NCBI RefSeq assembly: GCF_002113885.1
Contig: NW_018407068.1
Span: forward strand, 293,849-357,848
From: Mizuhopecten yessoensis
Lineage: Eukaryota
Reading direction: 5' to 3'
DNA: 64,000 nt
In this document: positions 1-13,129 of the stretch, piece after piece
Numbering within the stretch: the first letter of the stretch is position 1
Layout: each line of letters begins with the position of its first letter
The notes under the pieces: model-generated
Seen by the model: the letters and a program-made list of their open reading frames with translations, nothing else
Databases searched by the model: none
What the model was told of the DNA's origin: nothing
Translations under genes and position numbers: made by a program

Positions 1-1016
1 AGCTACAGGCAAAATATCAATATTGATGATTAAAAGTCATTCAAAAGAACCTGTTAAAGATTTAGAAACATTTCACCCCTGTGACCTTGAAAGTTGAACA
101 AGGTCATTATGTTTGAACAAATTTTGTAGCCATTCATCTCAGGATGCAACTTGCAAAATATCTCCACCCTATCCTTTTGTTTATCGAAATAAGGTCATTG
201 AAATGGTTATACATATTTGACCAAATGTGACATTGAAAGTTGGTCAAGGTCATTCAAATGGAAAAGCTTGATAGCCCTTCACCCAAGCATATTACTGGCT
301 AAATATCAACATTCTGGGCCTCGTGGTTATTCAGAAGAAGTTGTTTAAAGATTTTACACAAATTTGACCACTGTGCCTTGAATTTAAGTCAAGATCATTC
401 ACTTAAAATTGGTAGCCCTTGATCCCAGCACGCTACTGACCAGATATCAACATTCTAGGTCTTATGGTTATTCAGAAGAAGTGGTTTAAAGATTTTAATA
501 TATTTGACCCCTGTAACCTTGAATATTATTCAAGATCATTTTTTGAACAAACTTTGTAGCCCTTCATCCAAGCATGCTACTGGACACATATCAACATCCT
601 GGGCCTTTAGGTCATTAAGAAGAAGTCGTTTAAAGATTTTGAACATATTTGACCACCATGACCTTGAATATGGGTAAAGGTAATTTATTTGAACAAATTT
701 GGTAGTCCTTCATCCCAGCTTGCTACTGACCAAATATCACTATACTGGTCGTTTTGGTTATTCAGAAGAAATTATTTACATATAAAGGTTTTTAAGACAA
801 TTAATTGACCCCTGTGACCTTAAATATAAGTGAAGGTCATTCATTTGCACAAACTTATTAGTCCTTCATCCCAGTTTGCTACTGGCCAAAAATCATCACC
901 CTAGGCCTTGTGTTTATTAAGAATAAGTTGTTAAAAGTAAAATATTGACGCCGGACGGACGATGGACGCCACACCATGGCATAAGCTCACTTGGCCCTTC
1001 GGGCCAGGTGAGCTAA
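1..1016 (-). mobile_element. Non-autonomous Helentron-type (HINE-like) element with ~120-bp internal tandem repeats, truncated by window edge
   Basis: Repeats TGTGACCTTGAA...AAGGTCATTCATTTGAACAAACTTGGTAGCCCTTCATCCCAGC, a GGAC microsatellite, and terminal inverted repeat AGCTCACTTGGCCC-TTC-GGGCCAGGTGAGCT. Same family as 6670-7685. Confidence 0.75.
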
Positions 1017-1483
1017 TAATTAAATAACCATGGTGACCTTGTTTTGACCTCAAGAAGGTTGATGTTTTTAGAATTTTACATGCAGTTTCATGACAATAAG
1101 TCTGAAGAGAGGTGACTTTGTTGGGAACACATCCAGGTAGAACCCCGCATACATTTAATAACTTGTTGTGAGGGTATAATTAAAGTTACATGAAGCACAC
1201 ATTTCTTAGTGGAATTATTTAAGAATGCAATGTTCAGCTCAAGGTTTATTTACATCCTGCATTTGGTGTGGAAGTACTTACAAATGATATATAAGGAGAT
1301 TATGAACTAAATGCAAACATTAATTAGGCAACCTAAAAATTACATGTTTTACCTTTGGGATTTTTTCTGCAGATGTACTGAAATATAATTATATCAGCAT
1401 CTTAAAAATCAACATCATTAAAAAGAATTTTAAGGAAAGACTTACAACAGATAACATGTTTGGTTTATGCAGATTTAGTGTAC

Positions 1484-4400
1484 CTTATACAGAAGCCAAG
1501 GGGAGGGATACTCGGCTAGCACTGCATCTGCAATGTCTGGGCTGATGTTTTTAAACTGGAGGAGCTGCTGTTTCCAGACTTTGAGAAGGCCATGACCAGA
1601 CTTATCTACTCTGACACCAGTTGTCCCATCCTCATGAAAGGAGAATACATTCTCTAGTCTGTCTTTCCTACAACAACAACACAACAGTTTATTGAAAGAC
1701 AGAAGTATTTATTTTATATAAACATTTATTTGAAATACGATTCGGTCGTACTGGAAGATATATTATACAAGAGGCACAATAGGCTTGTATCACTCACATT
1801 CAATACTGTTGGCAAATGCATCTCCTATCTGTGACCTTCAAAATTGGTAAATTTCAAATTAACCAACAATATTGATAGCCTTTAAGCCCTGCTTGTCAAT
1901 TGTGATGGCCCTATGATGTTTTGCTTTTCAGAAAATATTAATTAAAGGTTCTAGCAAATTGACTCCTTTGACCTTGAAGGTAGGCCAAAAGGTCATTCAT
2001 TTGAACAAAATCAGTAGCCCTTCATCTCATCACACACACAGGCCAAATACCAGATTTATAACCTTTTTTGGTTATTCATGAGAAATTGCTTGAACTTTTG
2101 ACCCCTGTGATCTTAACAGACGGTCAGGGTCATATATTAAAACCATAAGCTGGAAATGTCTTACATACATCTAGTACATAATTGTTGTCTGTTAATTGGA
2201 AAAATTTGGAAGCAGTGTAATGTCATTGATGATCCATGTTTTCATGCAGTGTTTTCTGACAACAATTTACTTATTGTTCTCACAACTGATCAGTAGTAGG
2301 GTGACCATCCCATTTCAACCAGGCTTGTTGGAATTCAGTGAAAATTCAGATAAGATGAAGACATCTTGCAAGTTCATTGGCAAAATCATAATGCAAGAAA
2401 ACTGAGTGATATGCATCATAAGCCTAGAACAGTTATTGTAATAGAGATAGATGGAAAATATTGACTTTAAAGATTTAAAGTGAGTGAGAAAGATACAGCT
2501 TCAACAGCAGCAGTGAGTGTGCAGAATATGGCAATGTACAAACCAATATCAGGTATTATAGTCATGAAACCACAACCTTCATGTGAAAAACACAACTTTA
2601 CCCTAAATACACAGGAATAAACACCTGGGCCCGTATTCATGAAACCATTCTCATGCTCAAGCATAGATTCTGTGCTCAAACTAATTTTCTTGTAAGTCGC
2701 TTAAATCATGCCAAACAATCAAAAAGTCAAATGTAAACATTGAAAACAGTATTTAGCTTTAAGTCTCTTAATTTCCCCCCAAAATCATTGACAAAATAAG
2801 ATATCTTTAAAAATTTATAACGGGAACAAGAAATAAGGCTTTAGCACAAAATCCATGCTTGAGCTTGAGAAAGGACCCTGGTGTTTACAAATATCAAAAT
2901 GTAGGAGAGATAGGATATGTTTTATTGAAATAGCTTACTTTGCAGGTTTTTCAGCAACAGCCTTGGTGAATGTTTTAACCATTTGTGCAAACTCTTCATT
3001 AGACTCCATCATGTGTACCATGGTTCCTGTCTGGAGCTGTGTTTCAATGACTGCCTGCAGGATAAATAATAAACATACACATTTGTAAGTATTATTGACA
3101 ATAACTTTACCTTCAATATAAGTAAAATATTGCAAATGATGCCATTTTACACTGTGAACAAGGCAAAGCAGTAAAGGGTACCTCTGGTTATATTCCGTCA
3201 TTGCGTATTGCAGAGTTATCTTCTCTTGTGAGCAGGTATTGATTGTTACTTCATTGGTTTGTGTGAGAAAATTACGTCGTTTTCTCAAAAATTGATGACG
3301 TTACTCTCACAAACCAATGACGTAACAACCAATCCCTGCTCACAAGAGAAGATAACTCTGCAGTACGCAAAGACGGAATATGATGACTTGAAATTAATAG
3401 AAAAATCCAGATCAAATTACTGATATCATTTCACAATTTAGTCATTCCTGCTCAAATGTTTAGTGCAAAGAGATACTAAATTTTACATACCAAAAGTTTT
3501 CCTTTATACACAAACAGGGTACATATTAAATGCGTCACAAGGTTTGAAGACCAACTAGTTCCTTTAAATTTGTCAAGATATGAATGCATGTATTAAATGT
3601 GTTGCAATGTTTCAAGAGCAACTGGTCCCTTTGTCAAGCTCTTATTTGTCATAACTTGACAAAGGGACCAAGTGGTCTTGAAACGTTGTGACACGATTAA
3701 TACATACATTGGTTGTCTATGCAGTAAAACTTTGATATTACATATTTTCAAACTGATGAATCTTACTTTTTACGCTTACACCATTGACCGATCATATCGT
3801 CTTCCCTCCTTTTTCTATTGGCCTGATCAAATTCTGTTCAGCATCAAAAATGGCCTCAGTTTTCATAACATATTAACTGCTGACTGAATTGTACTGCAAT
3901 CTGATAAGGTATTTATGAAAATTATTGCTTTTATACAGAAACCAGGAAGTTTAACAGGTAGTTGGACAATATAACCTGACTTAAACATTTTTTGAAGTTC
4001 ATGACAGCCAAAAGCCTGATAAAAATATATAGGTGTTTAATTTTACATTGGCAAATGACTTATATATAGATATATTCCTACCTCCTCCACTTCCATTCTA
4101 GACACTACTGAAGTTGTCTCCCCTGTTTTTGTTTTCTTTGGTCGTGAAGGTTCTCTCTGGTCCATAGAGCGCACTACCTCTTTGTGTTTACGCTGTATGG
4201 CTGTTTTCTGGTCCCTGTTTAGCACGAAAAGTTACAAAATGTAACTTGATCAATCCACCTAATGACCATTTGTTCCCTTCATCTAACTAACTTGTTTCTG
4301 AAAGTATGTACAATTTTCAGCACTGTTCACCAATGCAACAGCATGCATTCATATTAAACTTTTAAATATTTATCTAATGCATATTGTATTGCAAGTGTTT

Positions 4401-7400
4401 TTTTTACCATTGATATGGTTTTTTTATAATACAGTACAAACAAATTCTGCGGTCTATTGCATTATGGATACCAGGTATATGAGAGGGGGGCATGAAACAA
4501 GTATTTTTGTTTTATTTGATGAAAGGATAACTGCTTTAGTATTCAGTTAATAAATCAAACAGAAATTAAAGTATAAAAGAGGAAGAAGCAGAGGAATACA
4601 CATGTCGCTTCTGAGGATATTATTGTTATATAAAAATAACTAAGAAAATTAATTGTAAACAGATGTTCAACAAATGGTTCAATTCATCTTTTCAAATTAT
4701 CTCCTTAATACCTGAAATATTTCTCCATCCCTAAAACAACAGCAGTTAAATGCTTTCCTTGATAATGCTGCTGTATGGTCTTTATATATTGCTTCAGAGT
4801 TGTCTGTCCCTGATCCTCGCCCATCTGTAACTGATAAAATAAAAGCTTGCTGGTTTACTGGTACATCAATCATTCATTTATTTTTCTCTTTATATGATTT
4901 TTCAGTGAAAGGAACAATCCTACAAAGTATGACTTTCTCTGGTCATTTTTTTTTTAAATAATTGTATCGAATGATTATCTTTATGGATAGATATCATCAA
5001 CTTAAATATAACAATCAAGTAAGGCTTCTTCGACATAAATCCCAAAGAGACAGCAGGACCAAAATGTGTCTCATATTGGTTCAGTGTAAATCATGTAGAG
5101 CTGCAGTATTTCAAATCACCTTTTTAAACACACAGCAAAGAAAAGGGATTTAACAATATGTAAACTAAGGTACCTGTTTGAAACTCTTGACAAAATGAAC
5201 GAAGTCTGAAGTAGGTATGAGGGTAAGAACATTATCTTCCACCGTCTGTCTTGTCCATGTATCTACCTGTTAGACATTAAATGAGTCACATTTAGGTATC
5301 TCATACAAAATTATCTTGATCCTTCTCATGTTGAGCTCTAACTTGTGAACTAAAAATATTCATTGCATGACTTTCAAAATAAAGTGTGATATCTGGTATG
5401 TTGCTTACAGAACAGTGTTCTTCTGTAACTTGTTCACTGATTAATCGGATTATTTTCAACAAAAAAACAAAAAAATCTGAAGTGAACAAATATAGTTATA
5501 AGTAAAGTCACTAATCCTAATTTGTTTCTCCTTCTTTACACAGCTTAAGATAATAAAGATACTGGTACGTGAAAAGTGAATGTAAAAACCTTAATATGTA
5601 CAATATAAATTTGCATACATTCTGTAGGTACATATTTGTATATAAATACAAAAGGTGTATCTAGAATTGAAATGAATGATCATTCGTCGATTTTAGTTTT
5701 AAAATCTGGACTTTAGAATAAGAAGTATTTATCTTACCTTTCCTTCTGTAACATCACACTCTGTGACCGTTCTCTGCCAGGTAATGGTGAAGGGGATGGT
5801 CTGGGGCTCAGCCACACACTGTACCCCTAGGGACTCACAACTCTTAAAGATGCTTGCTCCAAGGCCAAGGTCATTCACAAGGTGAGTGTCCAGTATAATC
5901 TTCATAAACTGGGAGTACATAAAACCTAAATCAATACTTTTCCCATGCAATCTTTGTAATCGACTACCAATATCATTTACCTGTTACACTAAATGAAAAC
6001 TTCTCCCTCCTGACAAACCAAATTTACATCCTAATATAACATACTAGCTACCAAGTCCAAGATTATTCAATAGTAAAAAATACCAATGCAATTTATTATT
6101 CAATAAAACTAACTATGAGAGACAAATTTATTATTCATTCAAATCAGCCATTAAATCTCAATACAATACCTTATTCACTAACTATGAATATGAAAGCAAT
6201 GAATTAATCGTTATAGGCTCAAACTACCTTCTGTATGAATGACCAATACAATGTAGCATTCCATCAATGTAAGTATGGAATACTAATATAATTTTATATA
6301 CAATGTACTATTTCCTCCCAGTGACAAGGGAATATCAATACTATGCAATACTTACAGAATGTAACTGCAGAATATCAATGCAATGTCCCAGTATTATTAA
6401 TTAAAATCTTAAACTAACTACCTGATGAAATATATCAATACAATTAAAATATTTTATCAATCTATGAAACTAACAATTTACCAACACAATATAATTCACC
6501 AAAATATACACTAAAACCAATTACAAAGGTTGTCTAAACCAACATCTTTTTACATAAAATAATTACTTATCAAAGAGAAAGATTATCAACACAAAATAAC
6601 AAAGACCAAGACTGTTCACTTAAAATGTTATTAAATAACTAATTAAAAACCAAGACTAAACTGATACTAAACAAGAGGCCTAATGGGCCTGAATCGCTCA
6701 CCTGGTATTAATCTTATACTTGTAATCGTAAAAGTGGACTAAAATACAGCTACAGGCAAAATACCAGTGTTTGATTCAAAAGAATTTATAAAAAGATTTA
6801 AACATGTGACCTTGAAAGTCAAACAAAGAAAATAAGTCGAACAGACTTTATAGCCTTTCATACCAGCATTCTTCTTGCCAAATCAGATTATTCAGAAGTT
6901 GTTTAAAGATTTCAACATATTTGACCCCTGTGACCTTGCAAATGGGTGAAGGTTATTCATTTGAACAAACTTGGTAACCCTTCATCACAGCATGTTACTG
7001 GCCAAATATCCTCATTACCCTGGTCCTTTTGGTTATAGAAGAAGTCATTTACAGTTTTCAACATGTTTAAACCCCTGTGACCTTGCAAATGGGTGAAGGT
7101 AATTCATTTGAACAAACTTGGTAGTCCTTCATCCCAGCATGTTACTAACCAAATATCATCACCCTAGGCCTCTTCGTTATTCAGAAGAAGTTGTTAAAAG
7201 TTAAACATACTTGACCACTGTGACCTTGAATATAAGTCAAGGTCATTCATTTGAACAGGAAGTTGTCCTGATATTCCGAAGAAATTGTTCAAGTTAAACA
7301 TACTTGACCCCTGTGACATTGAATATAGGTCAAGGTCATTCATTTGAACAAACTTGGTAGCCCTTTATCCCAGCATGTTACTGGCCAAATATCATCACCC

Positions 7401-10400
7401 TAGGCCTCTTGGTTATTCAGAAGAAGTTGTTTATATGTTTAAAACATATTTGATCCTTGTGACCTTGAATATAAGTCTAGGTCATTCATTTGAACAAACT
7501 TGGTAGCCCTGCATCCTAGCATGCTACTGGTCAAATATCACCATCCTAGGCCTTTTGGTTACTGAGAAGAAGTTGTTTTAAAGTAAAAAGTTGACGCCGG
7601 ACAGATGAACAGATTGATGACGGACGACAGACAACGCACCATGGCATAAGCTCACTCGCCCTACGAGTATAGGTGAGCTAAAAAAAGATTGAATCAGAGA
7701 TATCCAATGAGATAAAAACAAGAGGCCCAGAGGGCCTGTACCGCTCACCTGAATATGTTTAAAATAATTNGGGGGGGGGGGGGGGGTGTCATAACTACCA
7801 ATTATACAAAATTGAGTCCTCTTGACCCAAGGTTGCACCAGACTAAATAAGGATAAAATCCCTTAATCCTGATGGTCGAAGAAGGATTCTAAAGGTTTCA
7901 CCTCTATTTCTCCTATTGGGCCCCGCCCTTCTGTCCCCTGGGAGACCACACCCACTGCTTATACACATTTGAGTCCCCTTGAAAATTGGTTCCCCTTCAC
8001 CCAAGGGTGCTTCATACCAAATTTGGACAAAATCCTGTCTTTCCTACAGAAGTAGAAGGATTTTGAAGAATTTGCTATGTTTCCCCTATTGGGCCCCTCC
8101 CTTCTGCCCGCAGGGGGGCCACACTCGCTGTTTATACAAATTTGAGTCCCTTATGGTAGAAGAAGGTTTATAAAGGTTTTTACCTCTATTTCCCCTATTG
8201 GGCCCCACCCCTCAGGACCCAGGAGGCCAGACCGAACGTTTATACAAAATTGGTTCCCCTTTACCCAAGGATGCTGCACACCAAATATGGACCAATTCCT
8301 TTCATTCCTACAGAAGAAGGATTTTAAAGAATAATTAGCTATGTTTCCCCTATTGGGCCCTGCCTCTCAGGCCCCTGGGGTGCCATACCCACCGTTTATA
8401 CAAAATTGGTTCCCCTTCACCCAAGGATGCTTCAGACCAAATGTGGACCAAATCCTTTCATTCCTACAGAAGAAGAAGGATTTTAAAGAATTTGCTAAGG
8501 TTTCCTTATTGGGCCCCGCCCCTCAGCGCCCAGGGGGGCCAGACCCACCGTTTATACAAAATTTGTTCCCCTTCCCCCAAGGATGCTTCTGACCAAATTT
8601 GGTCAAAATCTGCTCAGTCGTTAATGACTAGTAGCGTTTTAAAGAAAAAGTTGGCGGACGGACGGACGACGGACGCTGCGGTATGGCATAAGGTGAGCTA
8701 AAAATTGTACTAAGAAAACTGAATGTCAGAAGAATTGTTAATTAAGGAATTTTAGTGAAGTTGCTTTTGTCCATCCAATATTACACTGGATAAGATCATT
8801 ATTCAGGAGCACGAATTAACAAGGGAGTGAAGTGGTCAAGGACAAACACTTACACTAAGACAATCTTTCAGCAGACCATACTGTTTCTTTCTGCTTCTCT
8901 CTGCATTTCTTATAAGTGCTGCTCTTTCTTTCTCTGCCTGTTTTTCGTCTTTTGATTTCTGTCTTTCAAACTTCTGTTTTTCCTTTTCATCTCGTTTCAT
9001 CTGTAATGACAGTAATTTGTTACAATGTCAACAGATAATGAGTTGTGTTGGCCTCATTCAGATACAACTGTTATTAATACACATCATTATGTCTATTTAA
9101 AAATAACCCTTGTATTTATTCATATCCAGCAGCAGATCAATATTTTTTTGAAAAGTGGGGATGGGGACAGACTCTCAGAGACAGATTTTTTTCCTTTTCC
9201 CCCTCCAACAAAATGTCATGAAAAACAAAATCCCCAATTATACATATATACGGGATACCTAGTAGTCCCTAAAATCTGGATTTTTATATTTGAAATACAT
9301 ATATCATAATTTTTCAAGTAAATTAAAATAATATTTTAAACAGAATAATTAGTATTGTTTGATTGTTTTTAAAAGCATCAGGAAATACATGTTACTTCAT
9401 TATCAACTAGCAGGATCCTATAATAAACATTTTGACAATTAAATTTACAGGATATTTTCCAACTTGGACTCAAATTTCACGTTACAGGCACATGCAACAA
9501 GTCAATGCACATAAAAGAACTATGGGGCTACTGGGGATGTCATGATACACCTGGAGTGTTTCACAATGTATTGCAATACAGAAGGAATGCATTTTGATAC
9601 TTATCAGAATATAAATATTCTACTTATGTGTAAGAGTTATCTCCCTTCAAAATAACATTGTACACATTCCTGTATACCTTTTCAAATATGTCATCAATGA
9701 ATATAGTTCACATTACAATTTATAAAAGATTTGTTAATGTTTCTTTGAGGGAAACTTTTTAAAAAGACTTTCATTAGCACGTGTTCAATTGTGACGTCAT
9801 TAAAATGCTTCAATAGTAATTGTGACGTCATCAAAAGTGAATGACGATATGCATACCCCATATGTGTTTTTGTTTACAAACATGGCAGACTATTGTCGGT
9901 GGAGCTGTGACTGAAATAATAGGATGGGAGAAAAATAATCATCCCCTACCTTGAGGATGTAACAGAGAAATCTCCAACCCACGGGGTGATGTTTGTTGGT
10001 TGTCTATCCCTCAGCAGAGCCTCGGGTTAGGCAACCAACAAACATCACCCTTCGGTGTTGGAGATTTCTCTGTCACACCTGCAAGGTAGGGGAAGATTAT
10101 ATTATTCACTCTTATAGTATATCTTGCATTTGAACAAATGCACACCAATACCTGTGCTTGTCTTTTCCTTTCTATGATTTCATCTGCAGTTCTTTTCCTT
10201 GAGTTTTGCATACTGGGAATGGTAGACAGCAAAGTTTTACTTTCTGAAAGTTGACTATATCCTGAAATTTGAATTCCAGGTTCAGCTCCTTGGACATGAT
10301 GACTAACATTTTTATTAGTTAACACAGATGGACCTGTAGTGGTACAGGGTGCCTTACTGATCAGACTGGACAGAGGTTGGTGTTCCAAATCATTGTCACT

Positions 10401-10754
10401 ACATGGGCTGTAGCACCTCAATACACAGCTGTCATTTGAATCGTCGCTAATAGCAACATGTACAGGGCTCCTGGTAAGATCATGGCTGGCTTTATAATCT
10501 ACAATCTCAACATCCGAGGCATCAGAGAATTCTTGGTATTTGTTACTTTTATTTGAATTCTGACAATTAAGAACCCGTTCTTTTAATGGAATGTATGCAG
10601 TTTTACAATTAACTTCATCTGCATCAGAGTCAGAACTATCAGATAAACAGTGGATCTGACGAGTAGGTTGAGACACAACTTGTGGCCCATCAAGATCAGG
10701 TAAATCACAGTCCATATCACTAATGACATCAGTGTCACTCAAGTCACATTCCAT
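1484..10754 (-). CDS. EME1: Crossover junction endonuclease subunit EME1 (MUS81 partner), 3'-partial; 8 coding exons in window
   Basis: Phase-consistent GT-AG exons 10754-10152, 9000-8854, 5908-5738, 5266-5174, 4830-4712, 4214-4082, 3054-2939, 1667-1484. The protein has an acidic disordered N-terminus, a charged coiled coil, then an ERCC4-like region (DCLSFMKIILD..., FTKAVAEKPAK, GVRVDKSGHGLLKVWKQQLLQFKNISPDIADAVLAEYPSP) resembling vertebrate EME1. The last exons lie left of base 1. Confidence 0.93.
1767..2140 (-). mobile_element. Degenerate partial copy of the same HINE-like family
   Basis: ACAAGAGGC...ATCACTCAC terminus followed by decayed ~120-bp units. Confidence 0.6.
2624..2881. mobile_element. 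MITE with subterminal inverted repeats
   Basis: TTCTCATGCTCAAGCATAGATTCTGTGCT pairs with AGCACAAAATCCATGCTTGAGCTTGAGAA. Confidence 0.65.
3191..3380. mobile_element. Foldback MITE (~190 bp)
   Basis: ~80-bp inverted arms TATTCCGTC...GCAGAGTTATCTTCTCTTGTGAGCAGG and CCTGCTCACAAGAGAAGATAACTCTGC...GACGGAATA. Confidence 0.8.
3583..3710. repeat. Inverted repeat (dispersed repeat family)
   Basis: TGGTCCCTTTGTCAAG / CTTGACAAAGGGACCA core with ~55-bp arms; the right arm resembles 20270-20350. Confidence 0.7.
6670..7685 (-). mobile_element. HINE-like element, ~120-bp core family
   Basis: Terminus AACAAGAGGCC-TAATG-GGCCT (hairpin) plus GCTCACCT sub-TIR; about 6-7 core repeats; other end AGCTCAC...GTGAGCT running into an A-tract. 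Confidence 0.8.
7717..8704 (-). mobile_element. HINE-like element with the same termini but a different ~150-160-bp core repeat
   Basis: Runs from AACAAGAGGCCCAGAGGGCCTGTACCGCTCACCTG to GGACGGACGGAC...GGTGAGCTAAAAA. Core unit TTTCCCCTATTGGGCCCC...TTTATACAAAATTGGTTCCCCTT...CCAAGGATGCT. Confidence 0.8.
9935..10100. repeat. ~165-bp foldback palindrome
   Basis: Arms CCCCTACCTTG...ACAGAGAAATCTCCAAC...GGGTGATGTTTGTTGGTTG and CAACCAACAAACATCACCC...GTTGGAGATTTCTCTGT...CAAGGTAGGGG. Confidence 0.85.
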
Positions 10755-11802
10755 TTCTTGTATTTAATGCATATGGATAAGAAAAACTCCTGTTCTTTGC
10801 ATATATACAATGTAATGATGTATATAAAACTCCTGTTTTTATTAATTAATTGTCCATGTGTCATCAATGTTGTTTCTGTAAATAGAAGAAATATTGATTG
10901 ATTACTTGTAATTAATTCTACAATATCTGGGTAACAATCTGTACCTGTAAACATATTATCAGGACAGTATAATTATAGTGTAAACTGGGCGATCCCATTC
11001 TTCCTAATATAGAAGTACATTCTTTCTCAATCATTAATACATATAGTAGCCATGCACTTGTAAATATAAATATAAAGGGGGGATCTCAACAGTGTCATGA
11101 CTTGGGGACTAAGAATGAGGTATAGCCCACAATCAATCCTGGTACACTGTAACACATTTGATTTTGACTCATCATTCACAAACCTAACGCATGTGTCAAA
11201 AAGTGTTCAATTAAAGGCGCTGCTTCTAAAAGTGACCAAATAGTAAAATATGTCCGTCATTATGCAACTGACGGTCGCAAATATGTATTTATTTTTCAAA
11301 AAGTACTTGCATTTAAAGAATTAAAACAAGTAGAACAAGTCTTCTAATGACACAATGTTCTTGTTTGTTGTATCGGAATACCCTGTGAGTGTGTATATAT
11401 GTTCTTTATTCCATTAGTGTCAGTCCAAAGCTTACTCAACCAATCAGTATGGTAACTGATGTACGACACAAAAACTCACAGGAAACACTTTTGACTATGT
11501 ATGTAAACAAAACATGTACATCTTTTGGAGAGAGAAAAAATCTGGAACGAATATTTTTCAAATGATGCCAATTAATAAATAATGTCTAAAAGTGTAAACT
11601 AAAAGTGAAAAGTTAAAACACGCAAAAAAATTGTATTCAAATCAACTTATATTTATTGAACATAAAGTTAACATCTCCAAAAGATATTTCTATCTATCTC
11701 ATTGATTATCCGTAAATATGAACAAATCACATTGGTTGGCAAACTTAGCATGTTGGATTTGCATAAAGAATTTGGTTGAAACATCTTAACAATATCTACA
11801 GC

Positions 11803-13107
11803 AACAAGTACTAATTGTAATGGGGGACCATTACAGATGTCCCCCAAATTGGGGCAGTTTGGGGGACATCTGTAATCTGTAATCCGCAAAGATGCATCAG
11901 AAAAGGATCGCAATCAGAATCCTCTGTGTAGTTGCTATGGCAACGGAACGTATGCAATTGAATTTGTAGTACCCCTATATAGCAATTTTCATCGAAATCA
12001 AACAATATCTAAATTGCGACCAATTAGAATCCTTCTTGTGGTTGCTATCGTAACTAAACTTATGTGGTTGAATTTGCAGTACCCTTATATCCCTTTATGA
12101 CGATTTTCTTCAAAATCGAACAATATCTTAATTTCCACCAATCAGAAGCCTTCTTGTGGTTGCTATATGGTTGCTATGGTAATGGAACTTATGCTGTTGA
12201 ATTTTCAGTCCCCTTATACCCCTCTATAACGATTTTCATCAAAATCAAATAATATCTAAATTTCGACCAATCATAAGCCTCAGTGTGGTTGCTATGGTAA
12301 CGAAACTTGTTGTTTTATTCGCAGTCCCCTAATTACCATTTTTCATAAAAATTAAAAATAAATATAAATTTCGACCAATCAGAAGTGCCTCCATTTGGTT
12401 GCTATGGCAACGAAACCTATGCGGTTGAATTTGCAGTCCCCTTATACCCCAAGGTACCAATTTTCATCAAATTCGAACAATATCTGAATTAGCAGTCCCC
12501 TAATATCGCTATAAATAATATACCAATTTTCATCAAAATCGAACAATAAATAAATTTCGACCAATCAGAAGCCTCCGTGTGGTAGCTATGGCAACGAAAC
12601 AAATGCGGTTGAATTTGCAGTCCCCTAATATCCCTATATACCTATTTTCATCAAAATTGAACCAAGTTTGAAGAAAATCGGTTAACATTTGTTATAGTTA
12701 TTGCACAGAAACAAAACCCAGCAGATAATTAAGGTTTTCGTTACTCAAGGGGCCATAGCTCCCCAAATACGGTCCCCTAAAAGTGGTCATCGAAATTGGT
12801 CAAGCCCTTAAGGCATTTAACCCTGTGACTAAGTTTGAAGAAAATCGGTTGACATTTGTTGTATTTATTGCATGGAAACAAATCGCGGCAGATAATGACG
12901 TTTCATTATTCAAGGGACCAGAACTCTGCCAAATGGGGTCTGCTGAAAGTGGTCATCGAACTTGGCCGAGCCCTTAAGGCATTTAACCCTGTGACCAAGT
13001 TTGAAGAAAATCGGTTAACATTTGTTGTAGTTATTTCAAGGAAACGAAGCGTGACAGACAGACCCATATTAATATCCCCCGTTTCGGTGAAAGCGGGGGA
13101 TAACAAG
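11803..13107. mobile_element. Satellite-bearing non-autonomous element (Helitron/Helentron-like) in the EME1 5' region
   Basis: 19-bp perfect stem at 11828-11874; ~110-bp repeats (GACCAATCAGAAGCC...GTTGCTATGGCAACGAAAC); ~170-bp repeats (AAGTTTGAAGAAAATCGGTTAACATTTG); GACA microsatellite; terminal hairpin TCCCCCG...CGGGGGA. Confidence 0.65.
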
Positions 13108-13129
13108 AAGTAGAGGACCATGAAACATG

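Noticed and set aside
10011-10151. C-terminal extension of the 247-aa ORF
   Set aside because: Intron read-through past the EME1 donor at 10152 into a foldback repeat.
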